From Rubrobacterales bacterium (GTDB taxonomy: Bacteria > Actinomycetota > Rubrobacteria > Rubrobacterales > Rubrobacteraceae): a stretch of 38,984 nt of DNA. The position numbers were made by a program, and so were the translations under genes. Of this stretch, positions 10,559 to 19,049 are shown one piece after another (positions within the stretch are counted from its first letter, which is position 1; each line of letters opens with the position of its first letter). The notes beneath the pieces are model-generated. The model was not told the origin of the DNA. It did no database searches and worked only from the letters and a program-made list of their open reading frames with translations. Location of the stretch: NCBI GenBank assembly GCA_038198625.1, contig JBBPZT010000217.1:1-38984 (forward strand), read 5' to 3'.

Positions 10559-11118
10559 TCGTCGTCTCCGGACCTTCCGGAGCGGGAAAATCAACCCTCA
10601 TCCAGGCCGCTCTCGCCGCCATTCCGCAGCTAGCCTACTCCGTCTCCGCCACTACCCGCGCGCCGCGCCACGGGGAAGTAGACGGCAGAGACTATGTCTT
10701 CCTCTCCCGGGAAGAGTTCGAGCGGTGGATCGCTGAAGGGAAATTCCTCGAATGGGCTGAGTACTCCGGTAACCTGTACGGTACCCCGGAGCAGAAGGTC
10801 GAGGAGGTCATTGAAAATGGCCTCTCGGTAATACTCGAGATAGAGTTGCAGGGAGCCAGGATGGTTCACGACAAGCGGCCGGAAGCGAAGATGATCTTCG
10901 TCCGGGCTCCCTCTCTGGACGAGACGCGCCGCAGGCTGGAAGGCCGCGCTACCGAGACATCGGATGCGGTAGAGGCTAGAATGACCACAGCCGTTACAGA
11001 GGTCTCTGCCCGCAAGGAATTCGACTACGAGGTGGTCAACGGCGAACGCGAGCAGGCTCGCAGGGATATGATAGGCATGCTAACTAAGATCGTAACAGGA
11101 GAAGATAATGCTGAATGA
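10543..11118 (+). CDS. gmk: Guanylate kinase
   Basis: 191 aa. P-loop SGPSGAGKST, SATTRAPR.GE..G.DY.F and LEIELQGA. Confidence 0.93.
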   Translation: MPGHLIVVSGPSGAGKSTLIQAALAAIPQLAYSVSATTRAPRHGEVDGRDYVFLSREEFERWIAEGKFLEWAEYSGNLYGTPEQKVEEVIENGLSVILEIELQGARMVHDKRPEAKMIFVRAPSLDETRRRLEGRATETSDAVEARMTTAVTEVSARKEFDYEVVNGEREQARRDMIGMLTKIVTGEDNAE

Positions 11119-11473
11119 TCTAAAGATAGACGAGCTGTTGGAGAAGGTTGGCTCCCGCTACGGAGTGGCCCTCGCGGGCGCCAAGAGGGCGCGCCAGATC
11201 AATGAGTACACCGCCACCCTCGGTCTCAACGACTCCCTTGGTATACCAGGTCCGCAGGTCCATACCCAGTCCCAGCACCCGCTTACCATAGCCATCGAGG
11301 AGCTCCGGGCGGACAAACTGGAGGTCACCTTCAAGGTACCCCAGGGTCAAGACGCAACCGAGCCGGAAGAAAGCACCCCGCAGCCCGAGATGGAGACCAC
11401 CGAATCCGAAGCTGTCGAATCTGATTCTGCCGAAGGCGAAGCCGTAGACTCGGAAGGTCAGGGCGCGGCTTAA
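11108..11473 (+). CDS. rpoZ: DNA-directed RNA polymerase subunit omega, with an acidic C-terminal tail
   Basis: 121 aa. N-terminus ...LLEKVGSRYGVALAGAKRARQIN... The tail is Glu/Ser/Asp-rich. Confidence 0.88.
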   Translation: MLNDLKIDELLEKVGSRYGVALAGAKRARQINEYTATLGLNDSLGIPGPQVHTQSQHPLTIAIEELRADKLEVTFKVPQGQDATEPEESTPQPEMETTESEAVESDSAEGEAVDSEGQGAA

Positions 11474-11497
11474 AGAAAGCCTGGCTCTGGATCCGGG

Positions 11498-12610
11498 TTG
11501 CAGTCCTTGATCCTGCTCTCTGTCGGACCCGGACCGGGAGCCCTGTCGGTGCCGGAGATCTCACGACAACTCTCCGCTGCCGGTCAACAGGTCGAAATAC
11601 TCCTCGAACACCAGACAAGGCTCTACGTCGGCCCCGCATCCTTTCCAGGCTCAGGGAAAGTAGTCAAAGAACCGACGCAACGGCCTGAAATCGAAGTCTT
11701 CGTCCCGGCCCACACCTCAACCCTCGCCCGAATGGCGCATGGCCTGAAATCCATTACAACCAAACAAACGCATAATACAATACTGTGTCTTGAGTTTGGG
11801 AATCCAAGGCTAGAAGATGCAGGCACTTCGTTGCATCCGGCACTCAGGCAAAATATTGACCTTTTGCGAGGGGACGGCGTCACGGTTGTCGAGGGGAGGA
11901 AAGGTGAGATGGTCTCGGTTGGTGAGATTGTCGCCACGGTGCTCGGGAGGCTCGGGAGAGCTTTGAGTGGGGTGCGTGTTCTCGTCACGGCCGGGGGTAC
12001 AAGGGAGCCGATAGACAGTGTGCGTTTCGTGGGCAATCGTTCTTCGGGAAAGATGGGGTTGGCGGTGGCACGAGAGGCGGCGCGCATGGGGGCTGAGGTT
12101 ACGGTCGTCGCGGCAAACGTGGAGCGGGTCGAGCCTGGGGTGCGTTGGATCCCCGTGGAGACCTTCGGGGAGCTGTGTGAAGAAGTGAGCAGGCAAGCGG
12201 CGGAGGCGGACGCGCTCGTCATGGCGGCGGCGGTCTCGGATTTCACGCCCGCCGAGCCGGTGAGAGAGAAGATCCGTCGCAAAGAGCTACTGACTATCGA
12301 GTTCAAGGCCACTGAGGATATCTTGAAGGGTGTCAGGGATAAGAATCCGGATCTCTTTATGGTAGGATTCGCGGCAACGCACGGGGATCCCGTCGGCGAC
12401 GTGCGCGAGAAACTTCGTTCCAAGGGCGTGGATCTGGTCATAGGCAACGACATCTCACAACCCGGTATAGGATTTGGTTCCGACGAGAACGAAGTCTACG
12501 TGGTTGGGTGGAAAGAAGAGAGGTTCGTGCCCCAGGCTGGCAAAGAAGAGGTAGCTCGCGCTATCCTTGACGTACTAGTACATGAGATGAACGAGGAGAA
12601 GCGGAGGTAG
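11498..12610 (+). CDS. coaBC: CoaBC-like protein: intact phosphopantothenate-cysteine ligase (CoaB) half and a degenerate N-terminal decarboxylase (CoaC)-like half
   Basis: CoaB motifs [35 protein letters not shown] and GNDIS are present. The N-terminal half lacks GGIAAYK, the His-loop, PAMN and ACG motifs (see findings). TTG start. Confidence 0.8.
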   Translation: MQSLILLSVGPGPGALSVPEISRQLSAAGQQVEILLEHQTRLYVGPASFPGSGKVVKEPTQRPEIEVFVPAHTSTLARMAHGLKSITTKQTHNTILCLEFGNPRLEDAGTSLHPALRQNIDLLRGDGVTVVEGRKGEMVSVGEIVATVLGRLGRALSGVRVLVTAGGTREPIDSVRFVGNRSSGKMGLAVAREAARMGAEVTVVAANVERVEPGVRWIPVETFGELCEEVSRQAAEADALVMAAAVSDFTPAEPVREKIRRKELLTIEFKATEDILKGVRDKNPDLFMVGFAATHGDPVGDVREKLRSKGVDLVIGNDISQPGIGFGSDENEVYVVGWKEERFVPQAGKEEVARAILDVLVHEMNEEKRR

Positions 12611-12611
12611 C

Positions 12612-13829
12612 ATGGCTGAGAGAACACTATCGGAACCCGAGGTTCGGGAGCAGTCCGGTGCGCGTACCTCGCACCTTTTCACCTCCGAGTCGGTAACCGA
12701 AGGACATCCGGACAAGATAGCGGACCAAATCTCCGACGCGATACTGGACGCCGCCATCGCCGATGACCCGATGAGCCGGGTCGCCTGCGAGACGCTGGTT
12801 ACCACGGGGCTCGTCTTGGTGTCCGGGGAAATTACCACCTCGACCTACGTGGATATCCCGACGCTGGTGCGGAAAAAGGTCTTCGACATCGGCTACACGC
12901 GGGCGAAGTTCGGCTTCGACTACGAGACCTGCGGGGTTATGACCTCTATAGACCCACAATCTGGGGACATAGCGCAGGGCGTGGATCACGCCAGCGATGA
13001 GGAAATAGACGAGATCGGGGCCGGAGACCAGGGGATGATGTTCGGTTACGCCTGCCTGGAGACCGAAGACCTGATGCCGTTGCCGATCACCCTCGCGCAC
13101 GCCCTCACGCGGCGGCTGGCGGAGGTACGCAAGACCGGGATGCTCGACTACCTGAGGCCAGATGGCAAGAGCCAGGTCACCGTGCGCTATGAGGGGTCGA
13201 GGCCCGTAGCAGTGGAGAAGGTTCTGGTTTCAGCCCAGCACCGGGATGGTGTGGAAGATGAGATCAAGGGCGACCTTATCGAAACCGTAATCGAGCCGAT
13301 GATGCCCGAAGAGTTTTTTGACCGGAACAACGTCGAGATTCTGGTCAACCCGACGGGTCGTTTCGTGACTGGCGGCCCGCAAGGCGACACAGGGCTGACG
13401 GGCCGCAAGATCATCGTGGATACTTACGGTGGTTCCATCCCGCACGGTGGGGGCGCTTTCTCGGGCAAGGACCCGACGAAGGTCGATCGGTCCGGTTCCT
13501 ACGCCGCCCGTTGGGTCGCGAAGAACGTGGTTGCCGCCGGGCTCGCCGAGCGGTGTACGATCCAGATTTCCTACGCTATAGGCGTGGCTCGGCCACAGAG
13601 CGTCATGGTCGAGACTTTCGGGACAGAGACTATTGATTTAGCCACGCTGAACTCCCTGATCGAGGAGCATTTCGACCTGCGTCCCGGCGCGATCATAAGA
13701 GACCTGAAGCTGCGGCGCCCTATCTACTCCGCTACCGCCGCCTACGGACATTTCGGGCGCGACGAGCCGGGGTTCACCTGGGAAGAGACCTTACGCGCCG
13801 ACGCCCTGCGCCGGGCTGCGGGCCTGTAG
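12612..13829 (+). CDS. metK: S-adenosylmethionine synthase
   Basis: 405 aa. Motifs [41 protein letters not shown] and YAIGVA. Confidence 0.97.
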   Translation: MAERTLSEPEVREQSGARTSHLFTSESVTEGHPDKIADQISDAILDAAIADDPMSRVACETLVTTGLVLVSGEITTSTYVDIPTLVRKKVFDIGYTRAKFGFDYETCGVMTSIDPQSGDIAQGVDHASDEEIDEIGAGDQGMMFGYACLETEDLMPLPITLAHALTRRLAEVRKTGMLDYLRPDGKSQVTVRYEGSRPVAVEKVLVSAQHRDGVEDEIKGDLIETVIEPMMPEEFFDRNNVEILVNPTGRFVTGGPQGDTGLTGRKIIVDTYGGSIPHGGGAFSGKDPTKVDRSGSYAARWVAKNVVAAGLAERCTIQISYAIGVARPQSVMVETFGTETIDLATLNSLIEEHFDLRPGAIIRDLKLRRPIYSATAAYGHFGRDEPGFTWEETLRADALRRAAGL

Positions 13830-13857
13830 ACTATACAAAGCTTGTAGGTCTTACGGG

Positions 13858-16101
13858 TTGCAACGTGAGGTACTCCAACAAGTAGCCATCCCTGTCGAAA
13901 AACCACGCGAGGCTCTGGTTAGCCTCCTGATACCGACGCACGCCCTGCCGCCTTTTAGCTACCGGATTCCAGGGCGCTTGGCGGCGAGGGTCAGAGTCGG
14001 GTCCACGGTTGTCGTTCCGCTCTCCGGCTACTCCAGACTCGGTGTCGTGATCCGGACCGAGGGTGACGCCGGTGGAAAGGCAACGGAGGATATACGGGAA
14101 GTGCTCGGCGGACTCTCGCCGGGCGCACGGATTACCGAGTTATGTGGATGGGTTTCAGAGGCAGCGGCCATCCCGCTGCCATCCGTGCTTCGGTCTGCAT
14201 TGACTCCTGGCCTCTTGGTGGGTCGTTACCGGATAACAGAACCTGCTCCCGGATGGACCTGGAGGAAAGGAGACATTGTAGGTCGCCGGGTGTTGCGTGA
14301 TGCCCTCGGAGGCGAGGGTTTGAAAACGGCTGAAGCAGCCGAAAGGATCGAACTGGCACCCGCGCCGCCGGAGCAACGTAAGGTGGAGTGGGCGGTGTCG
14401 GAAGAAGCAACCCCCGATCTCGGGCGCGCGTACCGTCAGAGGGCTCTGCTGGAGGAGATACAACGTCACGGTGCAGGCTGCACGGTGTCTTCTCTGCTGC
14501 GGGAGACCGGCGCCAACAGGGCGACCTTGAAGCAACTGGTCCGGCGCGGGGCCGCCAGGCTTGAGAAGCGCCCAGACCCCGCCCCTATCTTTCCTACTCG
14601 CGGCAAGGCGGATCATCTTGGGGACCCCTTTTCCTGGAACGCCGAACGCGTTCTCGATTCGGGCGGAGCCTGGTTGTGGCGGCTGCCTTCCGGGGACCAG
14701 GCAGAGGCAGTCTTGGCTGTCGCGCGGGAAGCCGTGGAGAGGGGGAGGCAGGCCCTGATCCTGGCCCCTGAAATAGAGGCCGTTGAGGTCCTGGTCAGAA
14801 ACTTGCGTCGGGCACTCCCGGCGGATCATACAGTGGCCCCATACCATAGTGGCCTCGGCAGAAACCGTATCCCGGTATATCGGGCGGCCCGGGAGGGCAC
14901 GCTCGACGTACTGGTCGGCACCCGCGCGGCGGCGCTCTTGCCGCTGGCGCGTCCGGGTGTCATCTGCATAGTCGATGAGCCGAACGAGTCTCATCGTGCG
15001 GCGCCGGGCTACGAGGGGGTACCGATTCATACTCGGGAGATCTCACTGGAGCGTGCCGGGATCGACGGTTCCGGTGTCCTCTTTCTATCTCCGACCCCAT
15101 CTCTACAGCTCTACGCCCGTTCCGACCTGAGAGAGCTACCGGCGCGCACTTTTCCGGACCGTCCGGCGGCGCGCATTATCGACATGAGAGGTTCCGGAGC
15201 GGCGTTGAGTTCTACCCTGCTCGATGCCTGCCGTCAGGGCGTCGAGGGTCATGACCGGGTAGGGGTGATCTCGAACAGGCTCGGATACGCGACGGCCGTC
15301 TCCTGTAACCGTTGTGGAGCCGTGAGCTCTTGCCCGAACTGCGACTTGCCATTCACCCTACACAGAGAGACGAACTTACTCGTCTGCGCCCGCTGTGGAA
15401 GACGAGAACAGGCCGACGGGTCGTGCAACATATGCGGCTCCGAGCGTATGACGCCCACCGGCCTCGCCGTCGAGCGGGTGCGGGAGGACATCTCCACCGC
15501 ACTCGACATCCCCGTCGGACTCCTGACCGCCGACTCTATCGAGCAAGAAGATGCCCGGATCGTCGTCGGAACCGCCCGTTACATCTTGAACCGAGAATGG
15601 GACATAATCGCCGTTCCCGATGCGGATTCGTACCTGCTCGGGAGTAGCGTCGGGGCAGTGGAGCGGGCATTTCGTCTGCTTTACCGGGCGACGGAAGCAG
15701 CACGGATGCGCCTGCTGGTCCAGACTCGTGCACCGGAGCACTACGCCCTCCAGGCGGCTTTGCGCGGAGATTACCCTTCTTTCGCCTCGGCGGAACTCTC
15801 GAGGCGACGCTCCCTTCGCTACCCACCTTACACCCACATGGCTTCTTTGAGACTGCGAGGAAATGAGGAATCGGTCCGGCTTGCGGTAGAATCAGGGTTG
15901 CGCCCGGTCCTGGAAAAGACGGTAGAGATGTCGAATCCCGTCCCTCTTGGCCGCTCCGGGACACAAATGTTATGGCGGGTGCTGATCAAAAGCCACGAGC
16001 GCCCGGCGGTGGCGAGAGCCGCCAGTCTGTCAGCGCGTACTATAGCTCGCGGTGATAGTAAACTTAAAGTGCAGGTTGAGATTGATCCCGAGGAGGTTTG
16101 A
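13858..16101 (+). CDS. priA: Primosomal protein N' (PriA) homolog with an intact Cys4-Cys4 zinc region but degenerate ATPase motifs
   Basis: 747 aa. CNRCGAVSSCPNCDLPFTLHRETNLLVCARCG...CNICGS and a PriA-type C-terminus. The Walker A position reads RLPSGDQAE and the Walker B position reads VDEPNESH. Confidence 0.85.
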   Translation: MQREVLQQVAIPVEKPREALVSLLIPTHALPPFSYRIPGRLAARVRVGSTVVVPLSGYSRLGVVIRTEGDAGGKATEDIREVLGGLSPGARITELCGWVSEAAAIPLPSVLRSALTPGLLVGRYRITEPAPGWTWRKGDIVGRRVLRDALGGEGLKTAEAAERIELAPAPPEQRKVEWAVSEEATPDLGRAYRQRALLEEIQRHGAGCTVSSLLRETGANRATLKQLVRRGAARLEKRPDPAPIFPTRGKADHLGDPFSWNAERVLDSGGAWLWRLPSGDQAEAVLAVAREAVERGRQALILAPEIEAVEVLVRNLRRALPADHTVAPYHSGLGRNRIPVYRAAREGTLDVLVGTRAAALLPLARPGVICIVDEPNESHRAAPGYEGVPIHTREISLERAGIDGSGVLFLSPTPSLQLYARSDLRELPARTFPDRPAARIIDMRGSGAALSSTLLDACRQGVEGHDRVGVISNRLGYATAVSCNRCGAVSSCPNCDLPFTLHRETNLLVCARCGRREQADGSCNICGSERMTPTGLAVERVREDISTALDIPVGLLTADSIEQEDARIVVGTARYILNREWDIIAVPDADSYLLGSSVGAVERAFRLLYRATEAARMRLLVQTRAPEHYALQAALRGDYPSFASAELSRRRSLRYPPYTHMASLRLRGNEESVRLAVESGLRPVLEKTVEMSNPVPLGRSGTQMLWRVLIKSHERPAVARAASLSARTIARGDSKLKVQVEIDPEEV

Positions 16102-16106
16102 GGCTA

Positions 16107-16601
16107 ATGGAGCTTGAGGTGAAGAGGTTTGGAGATCCCGTACTCAAGTCCCGTTCCACGCCGGTAAAAGACTTCGATGAGTCGCTCGAACGGCTAGCGG
16201 CCGATATGTTGAGCACCATGCGGTCCCATGACGGGGTCGGGCTCGCCGCTAACCAGATAGGGCGTCTCAAGCGCATCCTGGTCGCGGCCGTCGAGGAAGA
16301 GGAGTATGTCGTCGTGAATCCGGTTGTGGAGAGCCGGACCGAAGAGTCCGAAAAAGCTCCGGAAGGATGTCTGTCTATCCCTGGTGTTCTTGTAGAGGTC
16401 GAACGCTCCAAAGGTATTGCGGTCTCTGGTAGGGACGTAACGGGAGAGCCGGTGCGGATAGAGGTAGAAGGGCTCCTGGCCCGTATATTGCAGCACGAGA
16501 TAGATCACCTCGACGGCGTTTTGATCCTCGACCGGACTGATCGGGAGTCTCGCAAAGCTGTGATGCGCGAGATGCGCGAGAACTTGTTGGCCCGCGGATA
16601 A
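16107..16601 (+). CDS. def: Peptide deformylase
   Basis: Motifs GVGLAANQIG, EGCLSIPG and QHEIDHLDG. ATG 16107 lies 10 nt after AGGAGG (16091-16096). The track ORF starts at TTG 16098, too close to the SD. Confidence 0.93.
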   Translation: MELEVKRFGDPVLKSRSTPVKDFDESLERLAADMLSTMRSHDGVGLAANQIGRLKRILVAAVEEEEYVVVNPVVESRTEESEKAPEGCLSIPGVLVEVERSKGIAVSGRDVTGEPVRIEVEGLLARILQHEIDHLDGVLILDRTDRESRKAVMREMRENLLARG

Positions 16602-16620
16602 GCGTCGGGCATCGTACGTC

Positions 16621-17538
16621 TTGAAGCTGGCATTTGCCGGTACGCCGGAGTTCGCGGCCACTATTCTTCGCGGCCTCCTCGGTTCCGGGCACACGGTCGG
16701 GCTCGTCGTCTCCCAGCCCGATGCCAGGCGAGGACGAGGTAGGAAAACCGCCCCAACTCCAGTGGCGGAGTTGGCAAAGGAAGCCGGGCTTGTGCTTGTA
16801 CAGCCGGCCCGGATCGGGGAAGTGGTCTCGGAAATCTCCCGTCACGATGCCCTCATCGTCGCCGCGTACGGTCAGATCCTCCGTCTAGATACCCTTGAAG
16901 CCTGCCCGCGCGGCGCGTGGAACGTACACGCTTCGTTGCTCCCCGCCTACCGCGGCGCCGCCCCGATAGAGCGGGCTATAATGGCTGGTGAAGCCGCTAC
17001 GGGCGTCTCGATAATGAAGATGGGCGAGAGGCTCGACACCGGACCGGTCGCACTTAAAAAAGAAGTGCCGATCTCTCCGAATACTACCGGAGGCGAGCTT
17101 ACCAGTGAGTTGGCCCATGTCGGGGCCGAAGCCATAGTAGAAGGCATGGATGCGCTCGAGTCCGGCACTATGAGGCTCGGAGGGCAAGACGATTCGCAGG
17201 CAAGCTACGCCCCCAAGATATCCGCCGAAGAGCGGACTTTGAATTGGGAGCGCGATGCATCAGAGGTTCATGATCGGATCCGGGCCCTCGCGCCCCACAT
17301 AGGGGCCCGTGCCTTCCACCGCAAGGTCAGTGGCCCGGTCCGCTTGCTCGGCTCGAAGGTCGTGGAAGAAGACCCGTCACTCGCGGCAGGCGAGATATTA
17401 AACGGAGAAGGACGTATGTTCGTTGGATGCGGCGAGGGAGCTATAGAACTCCTGGAACTCCAGCTTCCAGGCGGTAGACCACTACCGGCTGCGGAGTTCC
17501 TTCGAGGAAACTCTCTCGAAGGCTCTTTCCACTCCTGA
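16621..17538 (+). CDS. fmt: Methionyl-tRNA formyltransferase
   Basis: 305 aa. Motifs FAGTPEFA, NVHASLLP.YRGAAPI.RAI and the canonical def-fmt pairing. Confidence 0.93.
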   Translation: MKLAFAGTPEFAATILRGLLGSGHTVGLVVSQPDARRGRGRKTAPTPVAELAKEAGLVLVQPARIGEVVSEISRHDALIVAAYGQILRLDTLEACPRGAWNVHASLLPAYRGAAPIERAIMAGEAATGVSIMKMGERLDTGPVALKKEVPISPNTTGGELTSELAHVGAEAIVEGMDALESGTMRLGGQDDSQASYAPKISAEERTLNWERDASEVHDRIRALAPHIGARAFHRKVSGPVRLLGSKVVEEDPSLAAGEILNGEGRMFVGCGEGAIELLELQLPGGRPLPAAEFLRGNSLEGSFHS

Positions 17539-17664
17539 ACAACGCGCGGCACGTTGTCAGACGGGGCGGGCTTCGGGCAACAGTGTTAAACTTTCGCGCG
17601 AGAGTGGGAGAATTATGTCCTCTGGGAGGAGGGAAAAATAAGAGAGCCCGAGACCAGAAGCCCT

Positions 17665-18303
17665 GTGCCTCAGCCACAGGTTGAGATGCAAGAAACAGGG
17701 TTCGAAGACGAACTCAGGGTAGCCATAGTTGGTGCGGGTGGGTACGGGAGACTCGCCCTCGACGTCCTTATATCCGCCGGCTCGGAGGGGTTTATCCTGG
17801 GTTTCTACGACGACGCCCATGCCATGATACCGTCTAGGGTCAGGGGGTTTCCAGTGCTCGGGGACATCGCCATGCTCAAGAGCATGCTCTCTATCGAGCC
17901 GGTACACGTGATCGTCGCCATAACGGACAATCAGTCCCGGCTCAGGATAGCGAACTCTATAAGGGGCCTCGGGGGGCGGTTCGTAAAAGCCGTTCACCCG
18001 GCGGCGTATGTCTCTGCTGAGGCCGAGGTGGGAGACGGCACGGTCATCGGGGCTGGAACGGTGGTGCAGCCGGACGCGGTGGTCGGGAGCCATTGCTATC
18101 TCGGTCCCCGGTCGGTAGTGGATAGGGACGCCGTGCTGGGGGCGGGAGCCTGGATCTCCGCCGGAGCTATAGTAGGACCGGGAGCCAGGGTGGGGGCTAG
18201 GGCCCTACTGGGGCAAAACTCCAGCATCGGACGCAAAGCGGAGATCGCGGCCGATGTGGAGGTGGGAGCGCTACAGTCCGTTACGCGCGAGGCTCAGGCT
18301 TGA
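17665..18303 (+). CDS. NeuD/PglD-family left-handed beta-helix (hexapeptide) sugar acyltransferase-like protein
   Basis: Rossmann-like N-terminus VAIVGAGGYGR...FYDD, then hexapeptide repeats (VGDGTVIGAGTVV..., LGAGAWISAGAIVGPGARVG). The start could instead be ATG 17686. Confidence 0.7.
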   Translation: MPQPQVEMQETGFEDELRVAIVGAGGYGRLALDVLISAGSEGFILGFYDDAHAMIPSRVRGFPVLGDIAMLKSMLSIEPVHVIVAITDNQSRLRIANSIRGLGGRFVKAVHPAAYVSAEAEVGDGTVIGAGTVVQPDAVVGSHCYLGPRSVVDRDAVLGAGAWISAGAIVGPGARVGARALLGQNSSIGRKAEIAADVEVGALQSVTREAQA

Positions 18304-19049
18304 TCTTCGCTTTAGCCTTTCTCTTCGGCCTGGTGGTGGGAAGCTTCCTGAACGTCGTGATCCACCGGGTGCCGCTTCGCGAGTCCATCGTTTGGCCTTC
18401 TTCCCACTGTCCCGAGTGCGGGGTGGCTATCTCGCCCCGTGACAACTTACCGCTTCTTTCCTACGCCCTTCTGCGCGGCAGATGCCGGAATTGTAGGGTG
18501 CATATCTCGTTTCGCTATCCGCTGATCGAGGCGCTGACCGCAGGGCTGTTCGGGCTTGCCGCGTACGTTTTCGGTCCGAGCGTGGAACTGCTCTCCGCGC
18601 TGGGGCTGATCGGGGTGCTGGTAGTCCTCGCCGCCACGGACCTGGAGCACCGGCTGCTCCCTAACGCTATCATCGGCCCGGCGGCTCTCATCGGCTTCGG
18701 GATTTCGGTCGCCGTGGAGCCGTCGCGGTGGTGGGTCTATCTGGCCTCGGCTCTGATGGTAGGAGGGGCGCTTCTCGCGCTCGCGCTCGCGTACCCTGGT
18801 GGGATGGGTATGGGAGACGTGAAGATGGGAGGAATGCTCGGGATGTTCCTCGGTCCTTACGCGGCGCTTGCCGTCTTTCTCGGGGCGCTACTCGGCGCCG
18901 CTATCGGGGGGGCTCTCATATTGCTGGGCAAGACGAACCGGCACACCGCGTTGCCGTTCGGGGTGTTCCTGGCGCTCGGAGGGCTGGCGGCGCTTTTCGT
19001 GGGACCTGAGATCTGGGTTGCTTACTTGCGTTTGGCCGGGGTGGTTTGA
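18300..19049 (+). CDS. pilD: Type IV prepilin peptidase / N-methyltransferase (A24 family)
   Basis: 249 aa. GSFLNVVIHR...CPECG....RDN.PLLSY..LRG.CR.C....S.RYPLIE, then polytopic with the GMGDVK catalytic Asp box. Confidence 0.9.
   Translation: MIFALAFLFGLVVGSFLNVVIHRVPLRESIVWPSSHCPECGVAISPRDNLPLLSYALLRGRCRNCRVHISFRYPLIEALTAGLFGLAAYVFGPSVELLSALGLIGVLVVLAATDLEHRLLPNAIIGPAALIGFGISVAVEPSRWWVYLASALMVGGALLALALAYPGGMGMGDVKMGGMLGMFLGPYAALAVFLGALLGAAIGGALILLGKTNRHTALPFGVFLALGGLAALFVGPEIWVAYLRLAGVV

Noticed and set aside
17539-17557. Hairpin ACAACG-cgcggca-CGTTGT immediately after the fmt stop, considered as a terminator.
   Set aside because: Only a 6-bp stem and no downstream U-tract (followed by cagacgggg). 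It cannot be supported as an intrinsic terminator.
17560-17664. AT-richer fmt-acyltransferase spacer with TGtTAAACT and a tiny ORF (MSSGRREK), considered as a small RNA or leader peptide.
   Set aside because: It is plausibly just the promoter region of the pil-aro unit. I see no conserved structure and cannot support an RNA or peptide gene from the sequence alone.
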